DNA of 63,729 bases, filler included, from Reclinomonas americana ATCC 50394 (lineage: Eukaryota), in the NCBI GenBank assembly GCA_048213135.1. It is 8 parts of 4 records of this genome, joined end to end, with 100 filler letters (N's around TTAATTAATTAA, not from the genome) between each part and the next. Parts side by side here need not be neighbours in the genome. Positions count along the whole stretch, not along the records: positions 30,511 to 47,039 come from PS015018.1; positions 47,140 to 52,152 come from PS015019.1; positions 52,253 to 55,265 come from PS015019.1; 5 more parts are not named here. One strand, given 5' to 3'. The notes below the pieces were generated by a model. It had not been told where the DNA came from. It saw nothing but the letters and a program-made list of their open reading frames with translations, and searched no databases. Each line of letters begins with the position of its first letter. Within the stretch, counting starts at the first letter, position 1. Both the position numbers and the translations under genes were made by a program. Below are positions 39,301-52,474 of the stretch, in pieces.

Positions 39301-42300
39301 GCTGCACCTCCACCACCTCCTCCTCCACCACCACCACGTCCCCCCTCGCCTCCTCCTCCCCCTCCTCCTCCCCCGCCGTCGGCTGTACCGCCACCGCCGA
39401 TGCGCTCAGCATCGTCATCGCGCGTGCCCATGCTTGAGATGTTGCGCCGGTCGGACGAGGCGCAGCGCGACGCCACTGCCGGCCGCTTTGCCGTACCTGC
39501 TCGGCCTTCAGCACCAACAGCAAAACAACGACCGCCGACTACCGTTCCCGGCAGCTCGTCGTTCCGCGCACCCACTGGCGCGCCACCCTCGATGGTCAAT
39601 CGCATGAGTGCGATGCGTGTGGCTGAGCGCGCTGCACCGCCACCGACCGCTGCTCCACCACGCGGCCTATTGGCCTCTCTGGAGCAAGTACCGTTACCCG
39701 CACCACCACCACCTCCGCCACCACCACCGCCGCCACCAGCAGTTGCTGCTACACCAGCGCACGGATCGGATGAAGAGTCGCCTGTCACTCCCGTCTTGTC
39801 GCCGCCGCTCGTGCAGCCGCCGGCGATGGTTTCGTTGGCAGAGCCGTCGCCCACTCGCCGACCGATCCGTGAAGTGCTCGGCGAGCTCGGCGACTCGCCG
39901 TCGCAGCTGTTGGTTTCGCGCGCAGCGATGCCGTTCACGCGTACTGCTGTGCGGCGACTGGAGCTGAACCCGTCCGGCGAGGCGGCTGCAGAGGATTTAC
40001 CTGCTGCTCCGTCGCCGCCTCTCTTGCCACCGCCAGCACCGCCACCTGCACCACGCGTGTCGTGGATGAAGATTGCCCCCATTACGCGATTTCGTGACCA
40101 GCATGTACGGCTATCGGCGGCCCTGCGGCCACCGCCCAACGCCGACTTGCTGGCCTCGCTGACATTGCAGGGACATTTGTACACTGAGAACAAGGTGAGC
40201 GCCCCCTCCCCCTCTCAAAGTCCCTGTCGTCCACTCAAGTCGTGTGCGCACTGCAGCCTGCACACTACACGGTGGAGGCCGATGTACCGCATGTGACGGG
40301 CGGCAGTCGATCGGAGAGCGGCATTGGCAATCCGCGTAGCGTGTACAAGGTGCAAGAGCGCTACGGTGTGGCACCGGTCACTCGCTGCTTGTTGCCGACG
40401 TGCCTGCCACCGGCCATTACGGTGGCCTTTGGTGGCGCCATGAGCAGAGTCATGCGCGCAGTGCAGGAGCGTCAGCGCCGCCCGCCAAACGTCAGTGCGT
40501 TGCTGTGGCGCAGGACGCTGACTCCGGCACGACGACCGCCCACCAACGCCGAACTGCTGGTCGATCTGGCGGCCGCCGTGACCACCACGCCCAGCTCGTA
40601 CGTGGCAGCTCCACTTCCGCGACCCGAGAAAGTGGTCCAGTTTTTCGCCGAGGCACCTGGCGTGGACATGGCGGTGGCCGACGCCCTGCCAACGGCGGTC
40701 TACGATCCGTCGCAGGTGCTGAGTGCGCCAACCATGGCCAGCGCCAATGACGGCGTTGGACCGCCACGCGATCCAAAGGTACCCGTTCATGAGGTGGTCA
40801 ACGAAAAGGCTGAACGGCGTCAGCAGCAAAGGGCCCAACCGGCCGAGAAAGCACGCACTGAATCCGGCCTGCTAATCCCGCACTTGCGCTGCCTCTGCGT
40901 GGATACGCACAGTTTCGTCATCGCGAGTCCTCTTTTGTTTACCCCGTTGTCTTTGCTGACTGCTTGGGGGGTAGTGGATTCACGAGGAGACTTGCTGCCG
41001 GACCCGGAACTGGATCCGGTGCTGTTGATTTGTCTGGCGCTGTACAACACCACCGAGTGCATCGAGGCCGACACGCCAAGCAAATTCATGTGTCTGCTGA
41101 TCAACGACGCCGTGCCACCGCAGCCTGTCGGCTATCGCAGCACGTCGGGCGTGTCGCGGTGGGGTGTCACTCATGTGGTGCACTGCGAGGATGAAAAGTG
41201 CGCCACCCCCCTTCCTTGCCAGCCTGCCTGCCTTTTGGGAGAATGCCACCTCACATGAGATGGTGTCTCGCAGAACCATGTTCGGCCGCTTCATCGAGAT
41301 TGTGCGCGTCACCGATCCTGACGTCTTGTGCGGCTTCGAGGTTCAGCAGCGTTCGTTGGGCTATCTGTTTGAGCGCTGCTGGATGTGCGGTTCGTGATTA
41401 TTTGTGTTGCGCGTGTGTGCGCGCACTTAAGTGGCCCTGCACACAGGTTGGGGCAACTTGTGCGAGTTTCTCTCGCGTTTCCGCGTGCGACCCAAGTTCG
41501 GCAACGCGCCAGTCAAGTTGCGCGTGTGTCAGAAGACCATATGCCCGACGATCTTTATTCGAAAGCTCACTGCTTGCATGTGGGGCAGAGTGGACGTGGA
41601 CGAGTGGGGCCGACGGAAACAGAGTGGCATCCGTGTGACGGGCCGTATAGTCCTCAACGTGTGTCGCATGCTGCGCGGGGAGCTCAACCTCTTCTCCTAC
41701 TCCTTCGAATCGATTGTGTGGGAGGTGTTGCGCCGACGGTGCGGTTCCCTGCGCCATCTGTCGCTGTCGTACAAGAGTGTGAGCTCACATCACTCTCTTT
41801 CCGTCGCCCAGTGTGCCGGCGTATACGTGGGAGGTGTTGAACGAGTGGTACAAGCGACCGACAGCACCGTCCCTGCATCAGCGTGTTCTGCGACTGCTCG
41901 TGTGGCGCATCACACTCACCTTTCGTGTGCTCCTGGAGCTCGATGTCATCAATCGTACCAGGTTGGCCGCGTTTTCGATGACTGCAGCGTTCACGATTCG
42001 CTGACTGCGTGTGCACCACTCAGTGAGCTGGCTCGTATCTATGGCATCGAGTTCTTCAACGTGGTCTCCCGTGGCTCGCAGTATCGCGTGGAGAGCATGA
42101 TGCTGCGCATCGCCAAGCCGTCGGGGTACATTGCACTGTCGCCGTCCAAAGCGCAAGTGTCGAATCAGAATGCCATCGAGGTGATTCCGTTGGTGATGGA
42201 GCCGCACTCGGCGCTGTACACAGATCCAGTGGCGGTGCTGGACTTTCGCTCCCTGTATCCGTCCATTGTCATCGGACACAACTTGTGGTGCGTCGCCAGT

Positions 42301-44369
42301 GTGGCCACAGTCGTGTGCACTCCTCGCTAACACGCAACCCGCAGCTTCTCCACTGTGCTGGGCAAGGCACGGCTCGGCCCGAAACGACTCGGTGCCATGG
42401 AGCAGTACGAGCTACCTCCGGGCACACTGGCCCAGTTTGGCGAGCACCTGCACGGTGCGATCTCGCTCGCACTTGGCACGTGGCGTGGGGTTTTCTTGTT
42501 TTCACTGTGTGCTCCTTCCCTCATTGTGCAGTATCGCCCAACGGTATCATCTACTTGAACAAGGAGGTGAGGGAGGGCGTGCTGCCACGCATGCTGAAGG
42601 AGATTCTCGACACGCGCGTCATGGTGAAGCGCTCGATGAAGCGCGCCAAGGGCAACCGCGTCCTCCATCGCATTCTCGACTCGCGCCAGTTTGGTCTCAA
42701 AATGATCGCCAACGTCACCTACGGCTACACCTCGGCGTCGTTCTCCGGCCGCATGCCGTGCTCCGACATTGCCGACTCGATTGTGGCGTACGGGCGGGCG
42801 GCGTTGGAGGATGCTGTGCGTGTCATTGAGGGCGAGCCACGGGTGCGTGTGCACCTTTTTTCGTTCTTCCTTCATCTACTCCGTGTGTTCATTGTGTGTA
42901 CGCCCACACAGTGGAATGCACGGGTTGTGTACGGCGACACGGACAGCGTGTTTGTGCTGATGCGTGGAGCGAGTCTGGAGCGGGCGTTTGAGTACGGTCG
43001 AGAGATTGTCGCCGCCGTCACGGCACGCCACCCACCGCCGATGAAGCTGCAACTGGAGAAGGTGTACCTGCCGTCGATTATGGTGACCAAGAAGCGCTAC
43101 GTCGGCCAGTGCTACGAATCGCAGTCGCAAAAGGTGCCGACACTGGACGCCAAGGGCATTGAGACGATTCGCCGCGATCAGTGCCCAGCCACGGTCAAGA
43201 TGATGCACAATGCACTGCGGTGAGTTGCGGTGGAGATGCGCCGACTGTGCGCGCAGTGGCTTGTGGCTGACGCGACACGTGCGTGCGCAGCATTCTGTTT
43301 GGCACACTCGACTGCACGCGTGTCAAGAACTACGTTGTCTCGCAGCTGCAGCGCATTCAACGTGGCGACGTGTCGCTGATGGACTTTGTCTTTTTCAAGA
43401 CTGTGCGCATGGGAAGCTACAGGTGTGCTGTGCTGTGCTGTCGTGGATTGTCGATGTGTCTCTCCGTTCCATTTATGCCTCTGCGATATGTGCAGCGAAC
43501 GCGGAACCAAGCCGTTTGCCGTGCTGGTGGCCGCGAACAAGATGAAGAAGGATCGGCGTGCGGAACCCACGTACGGAGAGGTACGTAGGCAGTCAGGAGA
43601 GGGTGGAAAAATAGAAAGCGCACTGATCATCATGCTGGCCGCCTGCAGCGCGTGCCCTTTGTGGTGACTCTCGGCGAGCCAGGGCAGCGTCCGTCTGAGT
43701 GCGTGTACGATCCGGCGGATGCGTTGCGCGAGGACCGCCGAGTGGACGCCTATTACTACATTACGCGACAGATTCTGCCGGCCCTCGACCGTGTGCTGGG
43801 AGTGGTGAGTGCCTAAATATGAAAGCGTGCATGCATTATCACGCTCACATGCATTCGCGTGTCTGGCGCAGTCGGGTATGAGCGTGGCCGAGTGGTGGCG
43901 AGTCATCCCACATGTGGTTCGCGATGTCAAGTGGCGACGACGACGATCAGTGAAGGCGTCGGAGGGGCGTAAGGCGCGCACCATTGACGAGTTTTACACG
44001 CCACGGCGTTGCCTGGCATGCGACGTTGCGTCTCTCTCGCGCGTGTGTACATGGAGAAGGGGCTCGACTGACTCGTGGCTCGTGGTGCAGGCCGAGACCG
44101 CCGGAGCAGACATTTGTGAGCGATGTGCCAAGGCCGACACGTACCTGCCGTACTTGGCGGCCCGATTGCGCATGCTGGACAAGAAGCAACACGATCTGTT
44201 CACCGTCTGTGGCGCATGCGAGGCGGGCTCGATGGGAGTTCGTTTCGAACCGGTCGAGTGCACCTCCATCGACTGCCCGGTGGTGTACGCGCGGAATCGA
44301 CTGAAGACCGCACTCGCTCATGCCAAGCACGCCATGTCCCTGGCCACTGCCTTCCACGACATGCAGTAG
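36378..44369 (+). CDS. REV3: DNA polymerase zeta catalytic subunit (family B)
   Basis: N-terminal VPIMRICG, HIHGALPYLFV and EAHLPYALQFMIDHGIYGM. Also SRGDLLPDPELD, SRGSQYRVESMMLR, VLDFRSLYPS, KMIANVTYGYTSASFSGRMPC, YGDTDS and two C-terminal Cys clusters. Confidence 0.96.
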
Positions 44370-44473
44370 TGCGTTTCTCACACCCAACAAGGACTCGATG
44401 CATTCTCATTTTCGTGAAAGGCCACAAACACATTCATGTGCCTGCGGTGCTGCTGCTGTCGTTGCTGTTGTTG

Positions 44474-45608
44474 TTAATTGTCATCATCATCATCGTCGTC
44501 GTCATCGTAGTCGTCGTCGTCCCCGCCGTCATCGTCCTCTTCATCGTCCTCCTTGACGGCTGGATGCCGCACGCGCCCCATGGCCGGATCGTGCTTCTCC
44601 CACTCGCTCATTAGTTGGGCCACCACATAGGTCGCCAGGCCGCCCACTACCACAACGAATGAGCATGGCGACGATGGCGGAGGAATGATGTGCAAGCCAT
44701 CACGCAACATGCCAACCAAAAGGCAAATCTGCGATTCCTCGCATACTCGTCCTCGTCGGGGTTCGACCCGCTCACCTCCTCTCCCGGCTTGGCACCAGTG
44801 GTAATGGGGGATTTCCTGCGTGGAGCGGTGAGGGGGCGAACAGGTCAATGAATGAAGGAATGGAGATCGAGGTGCGCACTTCTCGGATCGTCGGAGTTCC
44901 TCCATGTCGGTAAAGTACTGCCCGGAGAGGCGGTCGTAGTAGTCGAACAGGCGTGGGAACTGCAGCGACACCTAATGTGTGAGCAGGACGGCGCAAGGCG
45001 ACTGCCACTCCTCCGCCACAACACACACCTCATCGCGCAGCAAGGTCAGCAGGGGATTCACGAGGAAGTTCGGCTGGCGTATGCACGCCAGGAGGCCAAA
45101 CGCCACGGCGTCGGCCGACGATGGTCGAGTGCGTGAAAACAAGAAGCTCTTGTCACCCAGGCGCTCGTTCAGCACCTGCAACGCCTCGCGAGCCGTGCTC
45201 ACCACCTGCCCGCCGAAGCGATTAATGAACGGGTGCGGCGCGTCGAGCACAACTGCAGCTGCCGACTGACCTCGGTGGTTGTCACCGACCCGACGAGGGT
45301 GAAATAGTGCGACGAGGCCTCCAGTCGCTTCTTGTGAAAACTGTAGATCCGCTGCGGTACATACCACGACTGCAAGTACGACACGTGCTCGCACAACGCC
45401 GGGAACACTTGTGAATCCCAGTTCTCTGTGCGTGTGTGTGTGTCAGCACGCCGCAAGGCATCGCATTCATGGGCGCGTCAACGAAACGCTCGATGCTGCA
45501 CCACAAGAAGGAGATGCAGGGTGCCAGTCGATCGTGTACGTAGCCAATCAGGGAGCGACACTCTGCGCGGTCGGTGGGTGACAGTGTCTCGTCCACTGCG
45601 TGTACCTG
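44474..45608 (-). CDS. Metaxin/Sam37-like GST-fold protein (5' end in gap)
   Basis: LSPTDRAECRSLIGYVHDRLAP, AREALQVLNERLGDKSFLFSRTRPSSADAVAFGLLA and FPRLFDYYDRL. C-terminal hydrophobic segment and acidic tail. Confidence 0.75.
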
Positions 45609-46240
45609 GAGCGGTGGAGAGATGAGAAACGACTGACAGAGGACAGCGCAGGGAAGGAAGAATCGTAATGCGAATGCTTTCTCATCGACAATCGCACAAC
45701 AACAACAACACCACGCATTNNNNNNNNNNNNNNNNNNNNNNNNNNNNNNNNNNNNNNNNNNNNNNNNNNNNNNNNNNNNNNNNNNNNNNNNNNNNNNNNN
45801 NNNNNNNNNNNNNNNNNNNNNNNNNNNNNNNNNNNNNNNNNNNNNNNNTCCCTCTCTCCCTCCCCTCTCCTCTCAACACCGGTCCACACGTGTGCCACTG
45901 CCACAGACTGGCGCGACACCACCACAACCAATGAAGAAAGGAAGGAAGGTAAGGGAGGAGGAGGAGGAGAAAACAATCACGTGGTCACAAAAACTATCTT
46001 TTTCAAACGCGCGAAACAACGGGAAAAAACACCAACAACATGGACAAGCACAAGCAAGCAAGCAAGCACACACACACACTACAAAGGAGAGAGAGAGAGA
46101 GAAGGGATTGAGAGAAAAGGTCTAACACACAATGAGAGGGAAAAAACTAACGGTCATCTGACAGCGTAACGGCTATGTGCCACACGGGCGCGAAAAAATG
46201 CACACCAAGGAAAAACACACAAGCAAACAAGCATGCCCAC

Positions 46241-46985
46241 TCATTGCTGCCACGCCAGTGCCGGTGGTGCCACGTCGTAGATCGACAGTGGTGCGAGGCG
46301 CGCCTGTGGTGATGGCAGCGGAGGCAAGCGGCACGTTGTGTTCTCCATCAGCGGCGCATACAGAGACCGAGCCGCACTCCTCGACGGCACCGCCACTGTC
46401 AGGCCCGCCGCCGCCGCCGACACCGCCGCTGGAGGCAGTGGCCGCACCGGTGACTTGACCGCCTGCGCCGCCGACAGCAACAGCTCAAACGCAAACGACG
46501 CCGATTGCGCCGTCGGTGGTGGTGAGAGGAACGAGTTGGCAGTCGCGGTTGTGCTGGTGGTGGTTGTGGTCGAAGAGCGCCCGTTGCTGCCGCCACGCGA
46601 GGCCGAGTACGACGACGACGACGAGGCCGACGACTCGCAGTCTGAGTGCGAGTCCTCGACCAGGTGGTGGAAGGCGTGGTGCAGCGTCGGAGATGATCGC
46701 GACAAGTCGCGGGCCAGTTCCGCCGCGACCGAGGCAGCGACGGCCGCGGCCGCGCGTCGTGGTGGTCTCTCGGAGGGGCGCTGCTGCTGCTGCTGCTGCT
46801 TCGGACCCAACGACGGCACCATCATCGACGACGACATGGACGAGGTCGGCGAGATCGACATGAGCGGCGCCACATCGTCGGCTGACAAGTAGCTGAACGT
46901 CATCACGGCAGGGTGGTGCTTGTGGCCGCTGCCCGACTTGTGTGACTTGGGGCCGCGCTTGCGAACCGACGTGTCTTCCACACTG
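46241..46985 (-). CDS. Last exon of a hypothetical protein, Ser/Ala-rich and disordered
   Basis: Long GC-biased ORF after an acceptor-like CGCAG near 46985. Basic patch RKRGPKSHK. No recognisable domain; upstream exons lie beyond the gap. Confidence 0.5.
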
Positions 46986-47164
46986 CGTGTTGTCAAGAGA
47001 GAGTGAGTGAGTCCAGTCGGACATGTGCTCACAGGCGCANNNNNNNNNNNNNNNNNNNNNNNNNNNNNNNNNNNNNNNNNNNNTTAATTAATTAANNNNN
47101 NNNNNNNNNNNNNNNNNNNNNNNNNNNNNNNNNNNNNNNTCTATGTGTGGTGCACGCGATGCAG

Positions 47165-47548
47165 GCCGCTGCGCTCTCCGTTACCTTCCACGCAGACGGC
47201 ACGCGCGCCGTGATGACAAGCAAGGGTGGTCACTGGAAACTGTTCGACACCGGTGTCGACTACCGCCACCACGAGCGCGCCGGCCTGCTGGCCGAGGGCA
47301 TCAAGGACGCCCCGCTGGAGATGGCCGCACTGTCCGGCGACAAGCGACTGGTCGCCGCCTGCGACAACGAGAACGTGTACGTGTTCCGCGCCGACGGTGC
47401 CGCCCCACAGGTCGCCGTGTTTGCTCACTGCCATCCGGGTGGCATCCTGGCACTGGGCTGGAGCAACGATTCGCGCCTCATCTTCACCTGCGGCAAGTTG
47501 GATCTCACGTGCCGGCTGTGGAACAGTCCGACCCGATTGCAGCACTGA
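47165..47548 (+). CDS. TBL2: 3' terminal exon of the TBL2-like WD40 gene, inverted relative to the rest of the gene
   Basis: AAALSVTFHADGTRAVMTSKGGHWKLFDTGVDYRHHE resembles the TBL2 segment SAAVHSFAFSNDSRRMASVSKDGTWKLWDTDVEY (recalled from memory). It joins in phase to the minus-strand exon ending VLPGDQ at 48179. Confidence 0.7.
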   Translation, partial: AAALSVTFHADGTRAVMTSKGGHWKLFDTGVDYRHHERAGLLAEGIKDAPLEMAALSGDKRLVAACDNENVYVFRADGAAPQVAVFAHCHPGGILALGWSNDSRLIFTCGKLDLTCRLWNSPTRLQH

Positions 47549-47800
47549 TCGCGGTTGGAAGCGAACGCGCAAGTGCGAATACGAATGAAACTAGAACTGC
47601 AAGTCGGCGAAGCCCCCGCCTCAAGCAACGAAGACGGAACTGCATGTCCTGCCACTCATTCCGTTCGCCAAAACAACCAACGAAAAGAAAGCACGTTGCG
47701 TTTGACTCTCCGTGCACTCCACACACACACACACACACACACACCGCCTCCTGCACTCTCCACTCCAGCACACACACAGAAGAGAGAGACAGAATCCACA

Positions 47801-48091
47801 ATGCACGCACTATTTCTCCGCACATTGCGTCACCCGCCACTCTCGCGCCTCCTGTGCACCTCTCGTCGCGACATTCCCTTTGGCTTTGTGAGCACTCCGC
47901 CCTCCATCGACGCCGAGGAGCAAGAGAAGAAGGAGGAGCGCATTCGTGAACAAGAACGCATTATTGAGAGACGAAAATCATCTGCGCAGTCGTCGTCGTC
48001 TGTGAATAGCACCAACAACAACAAGAGGAACGCAATGGCGGAAGGATCAGCTGTACCTGCGGATTTGTATGCGGATACTATCTTTGATAAG
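47801..48091 (+). CDS. First exon of a probable HINT (histidine-triad nucleotide-binding) protein with a mitochondrial-presequence-like N-terminus
   Basis: MHALFLRTLRHPPLSRLLCTSRR...ADTIFDK followed by a GT donor. DTIF(G/D)KI is the typical start of the HINT domain. The HIT motif itself is not in view. Confidence 0.45.
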
Positions 48092-48178
48092 GTGGGGGCG
48101 AGNNNNNNNNNNNNNNNNNNNNGTGAGCGCTGGCAGCAAGAGTGCACTTTTGCACCATCGACGTGGAGCATAACAAAC

Positions 48179-49634
48179 CTGATCACCCGGCAACACCATG
48201 ACTCGGTCGCAGCTGTGGAAGGCATTGGCTTTGCGCACCACGTGGAACACTGGCAGATCCGGCATGGTGCACACGACCGAGAAGAGAGCGCCATCGAGTG
48301 TCATTGTGGCACCGCGAGGCACGCCTGCAGCAACGTCGACAGTATGAGCGCTTCCTCGTGGTTGCGTGGGGAATTGACAGCAGCTCGTACCTGACTTTGT
48401 GGTGAACGAGTGCACCACGTCGCCACTGCGCACATCCCACAGCGTCACCACCTCATCGCGCGCCACTGCCATGGCCACCGCACGATCGCCCGAGATACCC
48501 ACTGCCACCACCGGCGGGGCGAGACGGAACTCCGACGGTCGCTGCACCACACCATTGAGATGAGACTCGAGAAGACCGTAGACAGAGGACAGACACCCAC
48601 GCAACAATGAGCTTCTTCACGAGCTCCGCAGGCTGGCGCTTCGACTTGGCAAACACCTGCGAACGGTATCGCGGTGAGAGAGAAGAATGCGGGAGGTGGC
48701 GACAAGACGTACGCACATTCTCACGAATGCCCCACAGCTGAATCTCTGGCTTGTCCTCCACGGCGAGGATGAGCACACGGTCGTCAGAGCACAACGCACC
48801 GCACGTGGGGCGGTCGTCCATGGTGAACTTGGCGGCCCTGCGAGCGGGAGAGAATGAGCACACTTCTCCCTTCTTTGCTCTCCTCTTCTCTCGTCACGCA
48901 ACTCTGGCTTCGCCTCCAGCCGAGTAGAGTTGCCTCGCGGCAGCAGCTCGTCCATCGGGAAGAAGCGGCCGGTGCGATCGCGCGACACCGTGACAACAAA
49001 CCTGCCAGCCACTCGCACGTGAGCACCACAGCAGAGAGGAGAGCGACACCCCAACAACACACGCAGCGATCCGCCGGGCGATATCGCCGCATACACAATG
49101 TCATCCTGATGCCCACCACGCAGCGAGGCGTAGAAATGCGCATCCTCCACTGGGTCCGGTGCCTGCACGTGCCTCTTGACCTGTGTCATGTGACCGAAGA
49201 TGGTGAGACACAAGGAAGGCGGCATGCATTGAGCTCATTCTCTCTCTGTATCACACACTCGCCTTGGCACCCTTTCCGGCCGGCGCCTTCTTCCCACCCG
49301 CAGCAGCAGCAGTGGAAGAGGACGATGATGACGACGAGGCTTCTTCAGCGCTTGCACCCTGTTTGCCCTTCTTCTTCGACTTGTCTTGCGAAGTCGACCA
49401 GCCTCGCTCTGCATGCATGTATGCACACATGAATGAATCATCATGTCGCTATCAACTGTTTCTCTCTCTCTCACACACACACACACACTGTGTGTGCGCC
49501 TCAGTGCACACACACGCACCTGGGTTTGTGTTCTTTTTCGGGTCACTCGGGCCGCTGGGTGCCGCGAATTTGATAAAGACCCAGATGATTGCAATGGTCA
49601 GCACCGCAGCCACAGTGTAGAACAGATATTCCAT
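48179..49634 (-). CDS. TBL2: Transducin beta-like 2 (ER membrane-anchored WD40 protein), 5' and middle exons
   Basis: N-terminal TM MEYLFYTVAAVLTIAIIWVFIKF, Lys-rich linker, then WD repeats LRGGHQDDIVYAAISPGGRFVVTVSRDRT and VTLWDVRSGDVVHSF. Confidence 0.7.
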
Positions 49635-49930
49635 GACGAATGCTGCAGAGTGTGTTGCGTCGATGATATGAGTCAGATATGATCGAAGTTCGGGACAACT
49701 CGCATCTCGACTGCTTTGCATGCGACACGACGGGCACTGGCTTTGACCGCTCCCCACTGCTTAGCATACTCATGCGCATTGCTGCTCTGGCGCAAGCACG
49801 CATGCGCGACGTCGACGTACACGATGTTTGGCGCCAAAGTCGGCCGTTTGTCTAGAAAATCCATTCTCATTCGCGCGCGCTTTTTTTTTGTGTTTCTGCT
49901 TTCGAGCGAGAAGAGGATCCGCATACAACC

Positions 49931-51148
49931 ATGTCGCGCGTGACCCTCTTTGCCGTCGTCTTGTTGTCACTCGCCCTGCTTGCGGTGTGTGGCGATTCGC
50001 AGCTGCCGCCGGTCTGCCGCGCTTTTGGTGAGTACGAGTGCGTTTCTGTAGTCGCTTTTCATCCTCCCGCTTTCTCACGCACACGCACACACACACATAC
50101 ACATACATCGCTACAGTCACTGCGCAGACGACATTCGTCTCTAGTGAGCAGGATGCACACATGTGTGCCGCTGAAGCAATCAGCTACGACACCGTGCTGT
50201 CAGAGGCCAGCACTTTTGCGTTGCGTATCTCTTCTTACTCTCTCTCTCTCTTTTAACTTTGCGTGGGTCTCTTACTCCTCCTTCCACCCCTGCGCAGCCA
50301 GTCTGCGGTCCACTCCGGCAGCGCCCTCGACGCCGACGAGTGCGCCATCATGCGTCGATTTGGCGTCGGTCCCGACATCAAGTGGCGCCAGCTGCCGGGC
50401 ACGGCACTGGACATTGCCATTGGTGGCGCACAGAACTCTTTGTACACCATCGGCACCGACCACAACGTGTACGTGTGGGAGGAGTTCAACACGGCGTGGC
50501 GAGGCATTCCGCACGGTTCGGCCGCCACCATTGCTGTCGGCCCCGACGGCATGATCTGGACCACGAACGTGGACGGCACCATCTCGCGCAGCGTGGAGCC
50601 CGGCTGCGGCAAGGGTGAGCACACGCTGTAGTCTCGCTGCTTCTTGCGCCGTACTCGCTCACTGCTTCTCGCGCCCAGGCACCGGCAACGCTGCTGAGCT
50701 GTGGCGCTCAATGAAGAAGGAGTTTGCCAGCGACGCCCAGCACATTGCCGTCGGCGGCGACAACTCGTTGTGGATGGTGCGCCAGAACGGCAACCTGATG
50801 TTCATGTCGCGCACCGACAAGCAGTGGCTGCTCTCCAGCAAGAATGCCAAGCGTGTTTCCGTCGGCCGCAAGGGTCAAGTGTGGTTCTGTGCCACTGACA
50901 CGGGCGTGTGGTCGGCACTGGGCTTCGGCGAGCCGTGGCAGGAGCTGTCGGGCTCGTGCAATGACATTGCAGTCGGAGCCGACGACATTGTGTGGGCCAT
51001 CGGCACCGACCAGGCTCTGTACCAGTGGCTGCCGCGCAATCGCGCTTGGTGGCATGCGCCTGGATCGGGTCGTCGCCTTGCCACTGGCAACTACGGCATC
51101 CCGCGCATCATTTCGGGCACAACCGCCGTGTACGACCCGCTGGGGTAA
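49931..51148 (+). CDS. Secreted tectonin/TECPR-type beta-propeller lectin
   Basis: Signal peptide MSRVTLFAVVLLSLALLAVCG. Repeats WRQLPGTALDIAIG, WRGIPHGSAATIAVGPDGMIW and WQELSGSCNDIAVGADDIVWAI. Confidence 0.8.
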
Positions 51149-51502
51149 AGTGGCCACGGATGCAAGCCTGTGTTTCCACACCAGTTTTCGGTTTTCGCTC
51201 GATATCACAATTGTTTTTTCTGTTCCTTCTCCAGCTGTCTCGTGTCGCTGTGAGTGTGTTGATGTAATTCAGTGAAACGCTTGTTATGCTGATGCTGAAA
51301 GACGTGAATGTTTGGCATGGAATGGGCTTGGCGCTGTCACCGACTTCGATCGTCCTGTATGTAGCATTCGCTGTGGATCGTGCAGAGGGAAGAGACGAGT
51401 ATAGAGCATCCTTGACTGCATAGCAGTAGCACCTGTGAGCCTCCTTCTCAGCAGTATTCTCCAACTTCGGAAGGTCACACAGGACTCTCACTTCTCCATC
51501 GG

Positions 51503-52152
51503 ATGCTGGAGGGCACAGTGGCCCGCCTGCTGAACCGCTGGCTCGGGGAATACGTGGAGAATGGTGGCATCATCGGAGGCGATCAGCTCGGCGTCAGTGT
51601 GCTCTCGGGTTTCGTTGCTCACCCTCTCCCCCTCTCCTTCTCACAACAACTCAACCTCCGCCCTCTCAAAGGCAACATTCGCCTCAACAATCTGCGACTC
51701 CGTTCCGATGCGCTCCAGCGACTGTGCGACTGGCCTCTGATGCTGGTGTTTGGTGAGCGAGCGACGACACAAGCAAATGATCGATGACAACTATCTCGTC
51801 CTCACTCTCGCTCCACAGGCCACATCTCTTCTGTGAACGCCAACTTCAGTCTGCTGTCGCTCAACTCGCAGCCGGTGGAGGTGCACATCGACGGCGTGTA
51901 CGTGGTCGTGCGACCTCTGACATTTGAGGAGGTCAGTGCTTGTTGTTGTCCATCACCTGCCGACCGAGCCACCCGCCCACGCACACTGTGTCGTGCAGCG
52001 CGAGAGTCGCCTTCGCATGCAATCCAAGCAGCGACAACTGGCTTCATTTGAGAAGCGATTGGACGCGCAGTTGGAGCAGGCGGCGGCGATGGCAGCGAGT
52101 GGTGGCACAACGGTGTCGTCGTCGTCGTCGACTGCACCGAACGCCAGGTCTT
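51503..52152 (+). CDS. VPS13: VPS13/chorein N-terminal domain protein (5' fragment, runs into gap)
   Basis: MLEGTVARLLNRWLGEYVEN...QLGVSVLSGNIRLNNLRLRSDAL...SLNSQPVEVHIDGVYVVVRP matches the Chorein_N signature. Confidence 0.85.
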
Positions 52153-52275
52153 NNNNNNNNNNNNNNNNNNNNNNNNNNNNNNNNNNNNNNNNNNNNTTAA
52201 TTAATTAANNNNNNNNNNNNNNNNNNNNNNNNNNNNNNNNNNNNNNNNNNNNTTCGTCCGTTCGTCGTCGTCGTC

Positions 52276-52334
<59 letters not shown>

Positions 52335-52474
52335 ACTTGTCATGGCTTCTCTCTGCTTGCTGTCTCGTTTATCACCGACTGTTGCTTCTCTTTCTTCAGC
52401 CTTTCCTCACGTTCTCCCCCTTGTCGCCGACTGTTGCTTGCCTATTGCACTGTCTTTCTTCTTTTTCTTTTCCT

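Noticed and set aside
44750-44775. GGTTCGACCC T-loop-like motif as a tRNA
   Set aside because: No cloverleaf can be formed, and it lies antisense to a metaxin exon.
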